IMG/VR virus record: IMGVR_UViG_3300023175_002562
Location: 1 to 30,018 of that record
DNA from: a virus
Lineage: Duplodnaviria > Caudoviricetes
Length of the DNA stretch: 30,018 bases
Direction: 5' to 3' (one strand)
Under the pieces are notes generated by a model, which saw nothing but the letters and a program-made list of their open reading frames with translations, did not search any database and was not told where the DNA came from. Position numbers and translations under genes: made by a program. Every line of letters starts with the position of its first letter. Positions within the stretch are counted from its first letter, which is position 1. Of this stretch, positions 1-6,814 are shown one piece after another.

Positions 1-567
1 ACCAGCAACGTTCTTTGCCTTCAGTTTGAAGTTAGCACCACCCCAGAAGTCAAAGGGATCGATTGCTTCCTCATCTTCAAACTCAGGTTGCATTGCAGCA
101 GTGAGTTTGTCGAAGATCTTCTTACCAAACTTGTAAAGCATGACTTTACCCTCATTCTGAGGATTGGCAGGATCCTTGACCACATAGACGTTAGCAATGT
201 AGGTCAGTTTACGCTTCTGCTTACGTGCCTGTTCCTTACCAGCATCGGTGCCGTTGTTCCACAGCATCGTGTTGTACTCGGACACAGGATCCTTCTGACC
301 AAGAGTAGTCAGGGAGTTCTCAATATACCAACCACCAGGACCTTGGAAGGCGTGACTGTAGAGTTTCACGAAAGGAAGGTCCTCACCTTCAGGAGCAGGA
401 AGGAAACGGATGACGGCATAACCATTGCCGCTTTTATCACATTCCAGTTTCCAGAGACGGTCATCACCATTAGAACCGCCATTGTTATTCATTTTTTCGA
501 CTTCCTTGACCAGTTTTGCGGTCAGGTTGCCAAGCTTAGATTGCTTTTTAAGGTCGGAAAACGACAT
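1..567 (-). CDS. g32: T4-like single-stranded DNA-binding protein gp32 (3' part runs off the window)
   Basis: Not in the ORF track; translated manually from ATG at 567: MSFSDLKKQSKLGNLTAKLVKEVEK...DDRLWKLECDKSGNGYAVIRFLPAPEGEDLPFVKLYSHAFQGPGGWYIENSLTTLG...YKFGKKIFDK...FDFWGGANFKLK, the typical gp32 sequence. The gp59-gp32 synteny agrees. Confidence 0.96.
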   Translation of the reverse strand, partial: MSFSDLKKQSKLGNLTAKLVKEVEKMNNNGGSNGDDRLWKLECDKSGNGYAVIRFLPAPEGEDLPFVKLYSHAFQGPGGWYIENSLTTLGQKDPVSEYNTMLWNNGTDAGKEQARKQKRKLTYIANVYVVKDPANPQNEGKVMLYKFGKKIFDKLTAAMQPEFEDEEAIDPFDFWGGANFKLKAKNVAG

Positions 568-611
568 TCGGATTACCTCGGATTAATTGGATTCGGGGGA
601 TTTACTCGGAT

Positions 612-640
612 AGTATAGCAAGGATGCCCTCAGTCGTCAA
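612..640 (-). promoter_or_regulatory. sigma70-type (early) promoter upstream of g32
   Basis: Minus strand reads TTGACG-N17-TATACT, with an extended -10 TG, about 45 nt before the g32 ATG. Confidence 0.75.
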
Positions 641-962
641 GATAGTCTGTGAGGGATTCAATTGTCTGTTTCATACTGTCGAATAAAACTTGCATATCGG
701 TATTTGCTGGGAAACCCATCATAACTACCGATTTGCGTAGGTTCTCTTTCATCTCAACCGCTTGTGGGTCGTCTGAAAGGGACAACCTAGTATACATGAT
801 TCTTTGCTTTTCTAGCAAGACTTTCAACTTTTCAACATGTTCCAATCTCGTCTCACGATCCATCGTGTGGAAAGTGAGAATACTTCCATAGATTTCTTCT
901 TGAAGATCGTTAATTTCTTCAAGTTCTTCTTGAATAATGTCAGATTTAAAAAATTCACTCAT
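630..962 (-). CDS. Conserved cyanophage protein (DUF1825-like)
   Basis: MSEFFKSDIIQEELEEI...LLEKQRIMYTRLSLSDDP; sits between gp59 and gp32. Start moved to the ATG at 962, which overlaps the gp59 stop. Confidence 0.75.
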   Translation of the reverse strand: MSEFFKSDIIQEELEEINDLQEEIYGSILTFHTMDRETRLEHVEKLKVLLEKQRIMYTRLSLSDDPQAVEMKENLRKSVVMMGFPANTDMQVLFDSMKQTIESLTDYLDD

Positions 963-1551
963 TGATAATAGACCGTAAGATTTTTTTATATTGGAACATA
1001 TCAATATTTAGAAACGGAGAATACTTCTTTAATTTCAAACTGACGGTTTCCCACACTGGATCAGTCAACTTTTTATCAAAGTTTTTTGAGAAATGGAATA
1101 CTTTGTCGAAGATTGTTAAAGTTTCTAGCGATACGCTCCCGCTTAGATACTTTTTGAGTATCAGAGGGTGACCTTTGGTACAGTTGAACAAAGTCTCTAA
1201 CTCGTTCTCCGATAACAATTCGTTGCTTTGCTCTTTGAATAAGTACGTCAAACTCTGTTGGCGTTTCATCCAATCGGCGTAATTTCTTTCGCCAGAATTG
1301 ATAATTTCTCCAATCCATAGGTTTTGCGGGTTGTCGGTGGCAGTGAAATTAGATACTAAAAAATCTACGACTTCTTTATCAGAGTACTTGCGGGAAGTTT
1401 TTTCGAACCAGTACTTATCCTTTCGTTTGTTGAAAGAAGTTATACTGGCACGTGTCTTCGCGCCATACTTGAAGAAGTCGTATTTTGGGTTTGTGAAATG
1501 ATTTTTTAGTGAGAGATAATGTTGATAAGTTTCAAAAGGACTCACGATCAT
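955..1551 (-). CDS. g59: Helicase loader gp59
   Basis: FETYQHYLSLKNHFTNPKYDFFKYG...KRKDKYWFEK...LKKYSPFL matches the cyanophage gp59 pattern; located between gp33 and gp32. Confidence 0.85.
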   Translation of the reverse strand: MIVSPFETYQHYLSLKNHFTNPKYDFFKYGAKTRASITSFNKRKDKYWFEKTSRKYSDKEVVDFLVSNFTATDNPQNLWIGEIINSGERNYADWMKRQQSLTYLFKEQSNELLSENELETLFNCTKGHPLILKKYLSGSVSLETLTIFDKVFHFSKNFDKKLTDPVWETVSLKLKKYSPFLNIDMFQYKKILRSIINE

Positions 1552-1808
1552 AGAGGCAGTTTTGCCCTAGAAGTTCGCTTCATGAAGTTGAGGCGAGTTG
1601 CATCCCACTTCAGTCGCTCCTTCAGGGGTTTAGAAATCAGTTTCACCACTGATTCTACCTCAAGATTATTGATTTCGCAATAGTGACAGATGGCATCAAT
1701 ATAGTTGACATTTTCTTCTGCCACAATTTTCTCGATCTCCAGAGCAAATCTGGATGGTGTTAAGAATTTGTTTTCTATTGCTTGTTCTAGTTCTTTATTC
1801 TGTTCCAT
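1548..1808 (-). CDS. g33: Late-promoter transcription co-activator gp33
   Basis: FALEIEKIVAEENVNYIDAICHYCEINNLEVESVVKLISKPLKERLKWDATRLNFMK. Start reassigned to the ATG at 1808 (MEQNK...). Confidence 0.88.
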   Translation of the reverse strand: MEQNKELEQAIENKFLTPSRFALEIEKIVAEENVNYIDAICHYCEINNLEVESVVKLISKPLKERLKWDATRLNFMKRTSRAKLPL

Positions 1809-2475
1809 AGAGTTCCAGTTTATCTCTAACAAACTTTCCAATGTATTTGGTGAGTAGTTTGATGTACTTTGATTTGTCTCGTTCTTCATAAACGACGCAT
1901 TCTCCATTTTCACATGCCATGATGATTACAAGTTTTTTGACTGAAATACCAGTCAGTTCGTACAGCATACAACCATATGCCATGCACTGTACAAAATAGT
2001 GGTCGATCCACTCTCGTGGTTTTGGTTTTTTAGAAGTCTTAAAGTCGATTATTGCTAGTTCGCCATCATATTCAGCAATACAATCAACGGTTCCAGCAAT
2101 GCCTAGTTGCTTACTATATAGGGAACCTTCAAGTGCGTATATATTATTTATACGATTTAAGTCTGTTTTTGAGATTTTGAATAAGAAATCGGAAATGGGT
2201 TGTACTTTTGGGAGTTCTTCATTCTTCAAATGATGCTCCACAAGAGTGTGCATATCCGTACCACGACTTGTTGCTTTCTTCGTGATACGGTCTGCTTCCT
2301 CATTACCAACTTTCTTTCTCCAATTGATAAAGATCTCCTTATTAAAATGACTGGTCACCGAAGTAATGGAGACCAGTCGGAGAAGTTCTTCTTCATCTGG
2401 AACGGAGTAATATCTTACTCCATCAATAGTCTCCCTCTCAAGTTGAGGGAGCTCAATATCAACGTGTTTGAACAT
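1795..2475 (-). CDS. PD-(D/E)XK exonuclease (conserved in cyanomyoviruses)
   Basis: Motifs SITSV, RGTDMH, AGTVDCIAEYDGELAIIDFKTS and QCMAY (QxxxY). Confidence 0.88.
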   Translation of the reverse strand: MFKHVDIELPQLERETIDGVRYYSVPDEEELLRLVSITSVTSHFNKEIFINWRKKVGNEEADRITKKATSRGTDMHTLVEHHLKNEELPKVQPISDFLFKISKTDLNRINNIYALEGSLYSKQLGIAGTVDCIAEYDGELAIIDFKTSKKPKPREWIDHYFVQCMAYGCMLYELTGISVKKLVIIMACENGECVVYEERDKSKYIKLLTKYIGKFVRDKLELYGTE

Positions 2476-3233
2476 TAAAAACCTGCTTCTCGTTTAGCAA
2501 TAATGTATTCTTTGACCAGTCCAGAACGGACAATATCATCAACTTCAAACTCAATCATATCAAAAGATTGCATTTTACGCAAGACATTCATAAAGTCTAC
2601 GATACCATTGCGCTCGTTCGTCTTTTGTAAATCGGACTGAACAGCATCTCCACAGAAACAAATTTTGGTATTCTCACCAACACGAGTGATAATACTATCA
2701 AGTTCGTGGAAGTTGAGGTTCTGAAATTCATCAACAATCACAATCGCATTATCAAGTGTGGTGCCACGAAGGAAAGAAGTGCTCCAGAACTTGATGGTTT
2801 CTTGTGATTTCAGATTACCATAGAGCATCTCAAAGTCAGCATCAGAAGGCATCTGGAACATATACTTTACCATATTCTTATAAGGAATTTGGTAGATGTC
2901 TGCCTTATCTTCATGCGAACCAGGAAGAAAACCAATCTCTCTGGTTGCTACAAGAGAGCGTACAAGGTAGATACGCTCATATGGGGTATATTCACTTAAA
3001 ACATCTCTAAGGGCATTGTAGAGCGTTATAAACGTCTTCCCTGTTCCTGCACATCCATAGGCAACTAAATGTTTTCCTTCTTTATATGAATCAAAAAGTT
3101 TTTTTTGATTTTCTGTGAGTGGATCAATTTCCACCAAATATTCAGAACTCAGAGGTTTTTTCCTCTTCATCTGCTTTGCCGTGAGTCCAACCCCAATGGG
3201 TTGTTCTGCAGATGCTCTTTTTCTTCTGGGCAT
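2475..3233 (-). CDS. phoH: PhoH-family ATPase
   Basis: Walker A GCAGTGKT, plus IGFLPG, FLRGTT, IVDEFQN, CGDAVQSDL and DIVRSGLVK. Confidence 0.96.
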   Translation of the reverse strand: MPRRKRASAEQPIGVGLTAKQMKRKKPLSSEYLVEIDPLTENQKKLFDSYKEGKHLVAYGCAGTGKTFITLYNALRDVLSEYTPYERIYLVRSLVATREIGFLPGSHEDKADIYQIPYKNMVKYMFQMPSDADFEMLYGNLKSQETIKFWSTSFLRGTTLDNAIVIVDEFQNLNFHELDSIITRVGENTKICFCGDAVQSDLQKTNERNGIVDFMNVLRKMQSFDMIEFEVDDIVRSGLVKEYIIAKREAGF

Positions 3234-3234
3234 G

Positions 3235-3483
3235 TTAGATCTTTAAGTTTTTTGCGCCTGGTGCTTTAGATGCTTTTGCAAGCACTTCATTCCATCCTGG
3301 ATTTTTTGCAATCAGTTTGTCTCTCCATTCACCAACGTCAGTAGCCATCGGTGCGGTGGATGGATCGGACCAATCGCGTGTCCAGTCTGGATTATCTTCT
3401 AACCACTGATTCCAGTCGTGAATACTCATCACAACTTCTTTTTGCTCACCAGTGGTTTTATTCACTACGGGATATGTTGCCAT
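3235..3483 (-). CDS. Conserved cyanophage hypothetical protein
   Basis: MATYPVVNKTTGEQKEV...W...PGWNEVLAKASKAPGA. The ATG at 3483 avoids overlap with thyX and follows a TCTAAATA late-promoter-like motif. Confidence 0.75.
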   Translation of the reverse strand: MATYPVVNKTTGEQKEVVMSIHDWNQWLEDNPDWTRDWSDPSTAPMATDVGEWRDKLIAKNPGWNEVLAKASKAPGAKNLKI

Positions 3484-3508
3484 TGTTAGAAAATCAAGAT
3501 AAAGATAT

Positions 3509-4144
3509 TTAGACCCATTCCAGTGCTTCTGCCACTGTAGGGAATTGTTCGGAAAACACCTTCTTGCATTCATTAGCAATGTCCATGTGCTCCTTCTGAG
3601 TGCCGTTTGCAGACCTCAGAGTGATGTAATGGATCCACGAACGACAGGAACCAGACATATAGAGTCGGGTAGGAGTTGCCAGAGGAAGCACAAAACGAGC
3701 ACACTCCTTTGCGATTCCTTCATCAAGCATGGTTTGATACAATGCCATTGCATCCTTGAAGTGATTCTCCATCAATGCTTCATACTTCTTCCGAGTTTCT
3801 TCAGAAATATCATCAATAGAGTTCTGACGATTCTTGGTGTCTTGCCGACGAAGTTCAGGGAGGGGGATCGTCTCCGCGAGTAGGGAACTATCAGCATAGC
3901 GTTGCGAAAATTCTTGATATGTGAAGGACCTATGCCGGAGCACTTGAGCTGCAAGACCACGAGTAGTCTCAATCTCCAGAGTCATGAAACTCTGTTCAAA
4001 CACAGACCAATGATTGTGCTTAATACAATAACCCAACAACTTAGCATAGTTGGGGTTTTCCTGATTATTAGGGTTACTCACACGAGCAACATATGCCATT
4101 GTCTTCTCCGCATCAGGAGTGACACTTACCAATTTTACACTCAT
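3509..4144 (-). CDS. thyX: Flavin-dependent thymidylate synthase ThyX
   Basis: ARVS, HWSVFEQ, ThyX motif RHRSFTYQEFSQRY, KECARFVLP and RSWIHYITLR. Confidence 0.96.
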   Translation of the reverse strand: MSVKLVSVTPDAEKTMAYVARVSNPNNQENPNYAKLLGYCIKHNHWSVFEQSFMTLEIETTRGLAAQVLRHRSFTYQEFSQRYADSSLLAETIPLPELRRQDTKNRQNSIDDISEETRKKYEALMENHFKDAMALYQTMLDEGIAKECARFVLPLATPTRLYMSGSCRSWIHYITLRSANGTQKEHMDIANECKKVFSEQFPTVAEALEWV

Positions 4145-4156
4145 TTTTGTTCCTCG

Positions 4157-4321
4157 TTAGTCTGGGTATCCATCGTCATCTTCAAAGATCTCGTCATAAT
4201 CATGTAGTGTTGAATCCTGATACTTCAAGTAACTTTCAGTATCAGAATAGATTTCTGCTTTGAGAGAATCAACCAACAGTTCAAGATTACGGACAATCAG
4301 TTTTAGTTTTTCTTTGTCCAT
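4157..4321 (-). CDS. Small acidic conserved cyanophage protein (54 aa)
   Basis: Below the ORF-track cutoff: MDKEKLKLIVRNLELLVDSLKAEIYSDTESYLKYQDSTLHDYDEIFEDDDGYPD. It fills the gap directly downstream of a promoter. Confidence 0.75.
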   Translation of the reverse strand: MDKEKLKLIVRNLELLVDSLKAEIYSDTESYLKYQDSTLHDYDEIFEDDDGYPD

Positions 4322-4342
4322 AGAATAGATTTCTCTCTATCC

Positions 4343-4371
4343 ATTTTACACAAAAAAAGAGGGTTCGTCAA
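4343..4371 (-). promoter_or_regulatory. sigma70-type promoter embedded in the terminator hairpin
   Basis: Minus strand reads TTGACG-N17-TAAAAT, with TG directly before the -10; the -35 lies in the hairpin loop. Confidence 0.7.
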
Positions 4372-4380
4372 GAACCCTCT
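4352..4380 (-). terminator. Rho-independent terminator
   Basis: Minus strand AGAGGGTTC-ttgac-GAACCCTCT (perfect 9-bp stem) followed by a T-run, directly after the 4386-4475 ORF. Confidence 0.85.
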
Positions 4381-4385
4381 GAATC

Positions 4386-4475
4386 TTATTTACTTAGCAA
4401 CTTGACCTCTGCATAGATTAGAAGAAAAAATGCGGCGGAAAAGGCAGTGAATGATCCTACCAGTGTTCCAATCAT
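4386..4475 (-). CDS. 29-aa hydrophobic (single TM-like) peptide
   Basis: MIGTLVGSFTAFSAAFFLLIYAEVKLLSK. It has an ATGA overlap with the upstream DUF4278-like stop and ends just before the terminator. Confidence 0.55.
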   Translation of the reverse strand: MIGTLVGSFTAFSAAFFLLIYAEVKLLSK

Positions 4476-4618
4476 TTTGTCTTCTCTCTGAAAAGGTTTT
4501 TCTCGAACTTGATTCCACGATAGATCTCGCTGAACCACTGCTCTTGTTGCAGTTGCTTCAGTGCCTCACGACGCTGTTCGGTGTCGTAAGATTGTCCACG
4601 GTAAACGACTTTAGACAT
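4472..4618 (-). CDS. DUF4278-like small protein (48 aa)
   Basis: MSKVVYRGQSYDTEQRREALKQLQQEQWFSEIYRGIKFEKNLFREKTK has two YRG motifs typical of DUF4278. It has a GGAG Shine-Dalgarno and lies directly downstream of the riboswitch-like motifs. Confidence 0.78.
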   Translation of the reverse strand: MSKVVYRGQSYDTEQRREALKQLQQEQWFSEIYRGIKFEKNLFREKTK

Positions 4619-4651
4619 AGTTCTACTCCAAAGAAATGAGATGGTTAATCC

Positions 4652-4693
4652 CGTTCCTTCGGGCGGCGTTTGCGTCCTCTATGAGGATGAACG
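4652..4693 (-). ncRNA. Glutamine riboswitch-like aptamer (glnA / Downstream-peptide class), distal copy
   Basis: Minus strand CGTTCA-TCCTC-ata-GAGGA-CGCAAACGCCGCCCGAA-GGAACG: P1 CGTTC/GAACG and P2 TCCTC/GAGGA. It lies upstream of a DUF4278-like ORF, the known context for these motifs. Confidence 0.75.
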
Positions 4694-4696
4694 ATC

Positions 4697-4917
4697 CGTT
4701 CCGCGTCGTCCTACTTGCGTCCTATTCTTCTACCTCAAAACATGAGGGATCTGTCCATTTAGAATAACTTTGAATAAAGTCTATTTTCTGTGGGAGAGAA
4801 AGAGACTTAGTATCCAACGTTCTTTCTACCAACCAATCAAACTGCTCACAAGTAAGAAGTAATGATGATTCTGGGGAGGACAGTGCCAGCAATAGAGGTA
4901 AAATCATAGGATGAACG
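4697..4917 (-). ncRNA. Glutamine riboswitch-like aptamer, proximal copy, with an ORF inserted in the P2 loop
   Basis: 5' half CGTTCA-TCCTAT (4917-4906) and 3' half ATAGGA-CGCAAGTAGGACGACGC-GGAACG (4725-4697). Same skeleton as the distal copy but with a loop of about 180 nt. Confidence 0.62.
4722..4907 (-). CDS. 61-aa hypothetical protein with hydrophobic N-terminus and two Cys, nested in the aptamer loop
   Basis: ORF track; ATG...TAG exactly spans the P2 loop. No Shine-Dalgarno, and the predicted leader is only about 11 nt. Confidence 0.55.
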   Translation of the reverse strand: MILPLLLALSSPESSLLLTCEQFDWLVERTLDTKSLSLPQKIDFIQSYSKWTDPSCFEVEE

Positions 4918-4924
4918 TAAGGGT

Positions 4925-4953
4925 ATTATACCCTCGATACTGTATATAGTCAA
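4925..4953 (-). promoter_or_regulatory. Near-consensus sigma70 promoter driving the riboswitch cassette
   Basis: Minus strand TTGACT-N17-TATAAT. The predicted start site (about 4918) falls immediately before the CGTTCA of the first aptamer. Confidence 0.85.
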
Positions 4954-4956
4954 GAA

Positions 4957-4980
4957 GTTTTGTAACTTGTGATACAAAAC
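4957..4980. promoter_or_regulatory. NtcA-type binding site (GTA-N8-TAC) in an extended palindrome
   Basis: GTTTTGTA-acttgtga-TACAAAAC, with perfect 8-bp inverted arms, 3 bp upstream of the -35 box. Confidence 0.72.
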
Positions 4981-5035
4981 CCTACAGACCCAAAATTTTG
5001 CCGGAGTTTTTTCCGACGATTCCGGGAAACAAAAG

Positions 5036-5290
5036 TCAATTTTCGTTTAGCTTCTTGATTTCAAACAAAGATGACTTCTGATATTTTTTTATCTTCTTAT
5101 ACTCCTTGATGATCTTATCGACCTCTTTGTTAGGAATTTTTACTGTAAGATCGTCATTATCATCTGCAGAAACGAATCCAAGACCAGACTTCCTCTCTTG
5201 CTCTTTCATATCAACAAATTCATTAATGTTTTCTTGAATTTCATTACGAATTAATTGATTTATTTGCTCTCTAAGAATTTCTTCGTTCAT
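5036..5290 (-). CDS. Hypothetical protein
   Basis: MNEEILREQINQLIRNEIQENINEF...; the ATG at 5290 overlaps the upstream stop (ATGA). Confidence 0.65.
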   Translation of the reverse strand: MNEEILREQINQLIRNEIQENINEFVDMKEQERKSGLGFVSADDNDDLTVKIPNKEVDKIIKEYKKIKKYQKSSLFEIKKLNEN

Positions 5291-5547
5291 TTCTTTTTCT
5301 TCTTTTCGTTTGGTACGTAACCCCACATCTTAGGACTGACTGTTCCCTCAGTCCACTTCATTCCCCTAAAATCACGATACTTATCCCAGTACTGATCAAA
5401 GATATCTGATTGAAGACCCTGAACAATATCATATTTTTGTTCTCCATTGTCTCCATAGGTCACAAGATAAGAATCTCGTGGAAGACTCTTATCATTGGCA
5501 GCAGAAGGATCACAATTTGGAGCAATAATATTAATTCCCTTTCCCAT
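5287..5547 (-). CDS. Conserved cyanophage hypothetical protein
   Basis: MGKGINIIAPNCDPSAANDKSLPRDSYLVTY...DIFDQYWDKY...WTEGTVSPKMWG; the start at 5547 abuts the upstream stop. Confidence 0.72.
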   Translation of the reverse strand: MGKGINIIAPNCDPSAANDKSLPRDSYLVTYGDNGEQKYDIVQGLQSDIFDQYWDKYRDFRGMKWTEGTVSPKMWGYVPNEKKKKK

Positions 5548-5548
5548 A

Positions 5549-6154
5549 TTAGGAACGACCTCCCCAATTAATCTGAGGGAATGCTTGAGCGACAACATCT
5601 TGAGTGATTTTGTACTTGTCACTCAACCTCTTATCCTTCACAAGACAAACAATTTCTGCCTCAAGAGGATGAAGACCCTCTAGGAGATTGATGAACATTG
5701 TTTCACGACGAATGGCATTGATACCATTATTTCCGCCCTTGATGAAGTGATAGAAGTTCTTACATTCTCTACGAAGAGTTGTCTTTCCATCAGTATCAGA
5801 TGCTCCTAGAGAAAAAGAACCCATCTCATACATTCTACGAACTTCTTGCGTAATCTTAGTAGAAAGGGTTCCACTAGAAGTTGTCTGCTCAGCATATCCA
5901 GAGTAAGGAACTGCTCCTTCTGGTAGTGCGGAAATAACAGATTCATCAAAGTTCCAGATCAAAAGCATCCGAAGAGCTGGGTGATTGTACTTTTGAAGTA
6001 CTTCTACCTTTTTTGCTTTTGATCTTTGCTTCGAAACAAGATCAAGAATCTCAAAAATAAGAGGGTTATTTGGAAGATCTAGACTTTGAGTTGTCGTTTT
6101 TGCTTTACTCGTCGTCTTCTTCGTCGTTGATTTCGTAGTCATGATAGTTGTCAA
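5549..6154 (-). CDS. Conserved T4-like cyanophage protein (DUF6433-like)
   Basis: LIFEILDLVSKQRSKAKKVEVL...WNFD...LPEGAVPY...RRETMFINLLEGLHPLEAE. The start may be 6142. Confidence 0.72.
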   Translation of the reverse strand: MTTIMTTKSTTKKTTSKAKTTTQSLDLPNNPLIFEILDLVSKQRSKAKKVEVLQKYNHPALRMLLIWNFDESVISALPEGAVPYSGYAEQTTSSGTLSTKITQEVRRMYEMGSFSLGASDTDGKTTLRRECKNFYHFIKGGNNGINAIRRETMFINLLEGLHPLEAEIVCLVKDKRLSDKYKITQDVVAQAFPQINWGGRS

Positions 6155-6335
6155 AGTTAAATGCGATCACCTCATCTGGTATCAAGTTTCCTTGATTGTC
6201 AAACATTTCGGGGTGAGGTCTTGGTACTTCCCGATAGTTCATCATATATTCTCTGGCAGTCCATCCAATCACAAGTCCCACTACAAGAAATAAAATAGTC
6301 AGAAACGAACCAAAAACTAGACTAACTGCTAACAT
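6105..6335 (-). CDS. Small membrane protein with acidic tail
   Basis: N-terminal TM helix followed by HPEMFDNQGNLIPDEVIAFNFD and an acidic C-terminus. Confidence 0.7.
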   Translation of the reverse strand: MLAVSLVFGSFLTILFLVVGLVIGWTAREYMMNYREVPRPHPEMFDNQGNLIPDEVIAFNFDNYHDYEINDEEDDE

Positions 6336-6600
6336 TTTTCTTTCTCCGGGAAATTGTCTTTCTTTTCCTTGACTTGAAGGAAAACTCGAAATAAATGGTG
6401 ACTTCCCGATTCAGAAAGCAAACCATCTTTTCGAAGATGATATGAAATGGGTAGGTTTGCTCTCTTTTACCTCCATTAAGTAGAAACTCAACGCCACGGT
6501 TTCTGTGGACTTCTGATTTATTTATGTTAGGACTTGATGACTTGTTGCTCTTTGAGGAATTTGATTGTGTCAACAGAACCTCCCAATTTTTTACTGTCAC
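6322..6600 (-). CDS. Hypothetical protein (start uncertain)
   Basis: NRGVEFLLNGGKR...REVTIYFEFSF fills the gap between glutaredoxin and the membrane protein. The 5' part overlaps the glutaredoxin gene and may not be translated. Confidence 0.45.
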   Translation of the reverse strand: MTVKNWEVLLTQSNSSKSNKSSSPNINKSEVHRNRGVEFLLNGGKREQTYPFHIIFEKMVCFLNREVTIYFEFSFKSRKRKTISRRKKNVSS

Positions 6601-6769
6601 ATACTACCTGTGGGAAAGTAGATCCCTTCCCAAACTCAGCATAAAACTCTTCTTTGGTAAAATGCTCACCAAGATTATAGACCACATAGTTGCTACCTGT
6701 CAATTCCAATACCTGTTTGACTTTGTAGCAATATGGGCAATTGTCTTTTGAATATACGGCAAAATTCAT
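6527..6769 (-). CDS. nrdC: Glutaredoxin (NrdC-like)
   Basis: YSKDNCPYC active site, TFPQV and LGG. Confidence 0.92.
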   Translation of the reverse strand: MNFAVYSKDNCPYCYKVKQVLELTGSNYVVYNLGEHFTKEEFYAEFGKGSTFPQVVCDSKKLGGSVDTIKFLKEQQVIKS

Positions 6770-6814
6770 AATTTTTTCTTTTAATATTCATAATACTTGT
6801 TTTTTGTTGTATTG

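Noticed and set aside
88-618. 176-aa plus-strand ORF
   Set aside because: Antisense shadow of g32, which is clearly encoded on the minus strand.
1795-2475. Cas4/CRISPR association of the PD-(D/E)XK nuclease
   Set aside because: It lacks the Cas4 four-Cys Fe-S arrangement, no repeat-spacer array is visible in the window, and it sits in the standard phoH-exonuclease-gp33 synteny.
2475-3500. Pho box controlling phoH
   Set aside because: phoH is mid-operon with a 1-bp gap to the upstream gene, and no tandem pho-box repeats were recognisable upstream.
4451-4639. 62-aa plus-strand ORF
   Set aside because: Antisense to the DUF4278-like ORF, which has the SD, promoter, riboswitch and terminator context.
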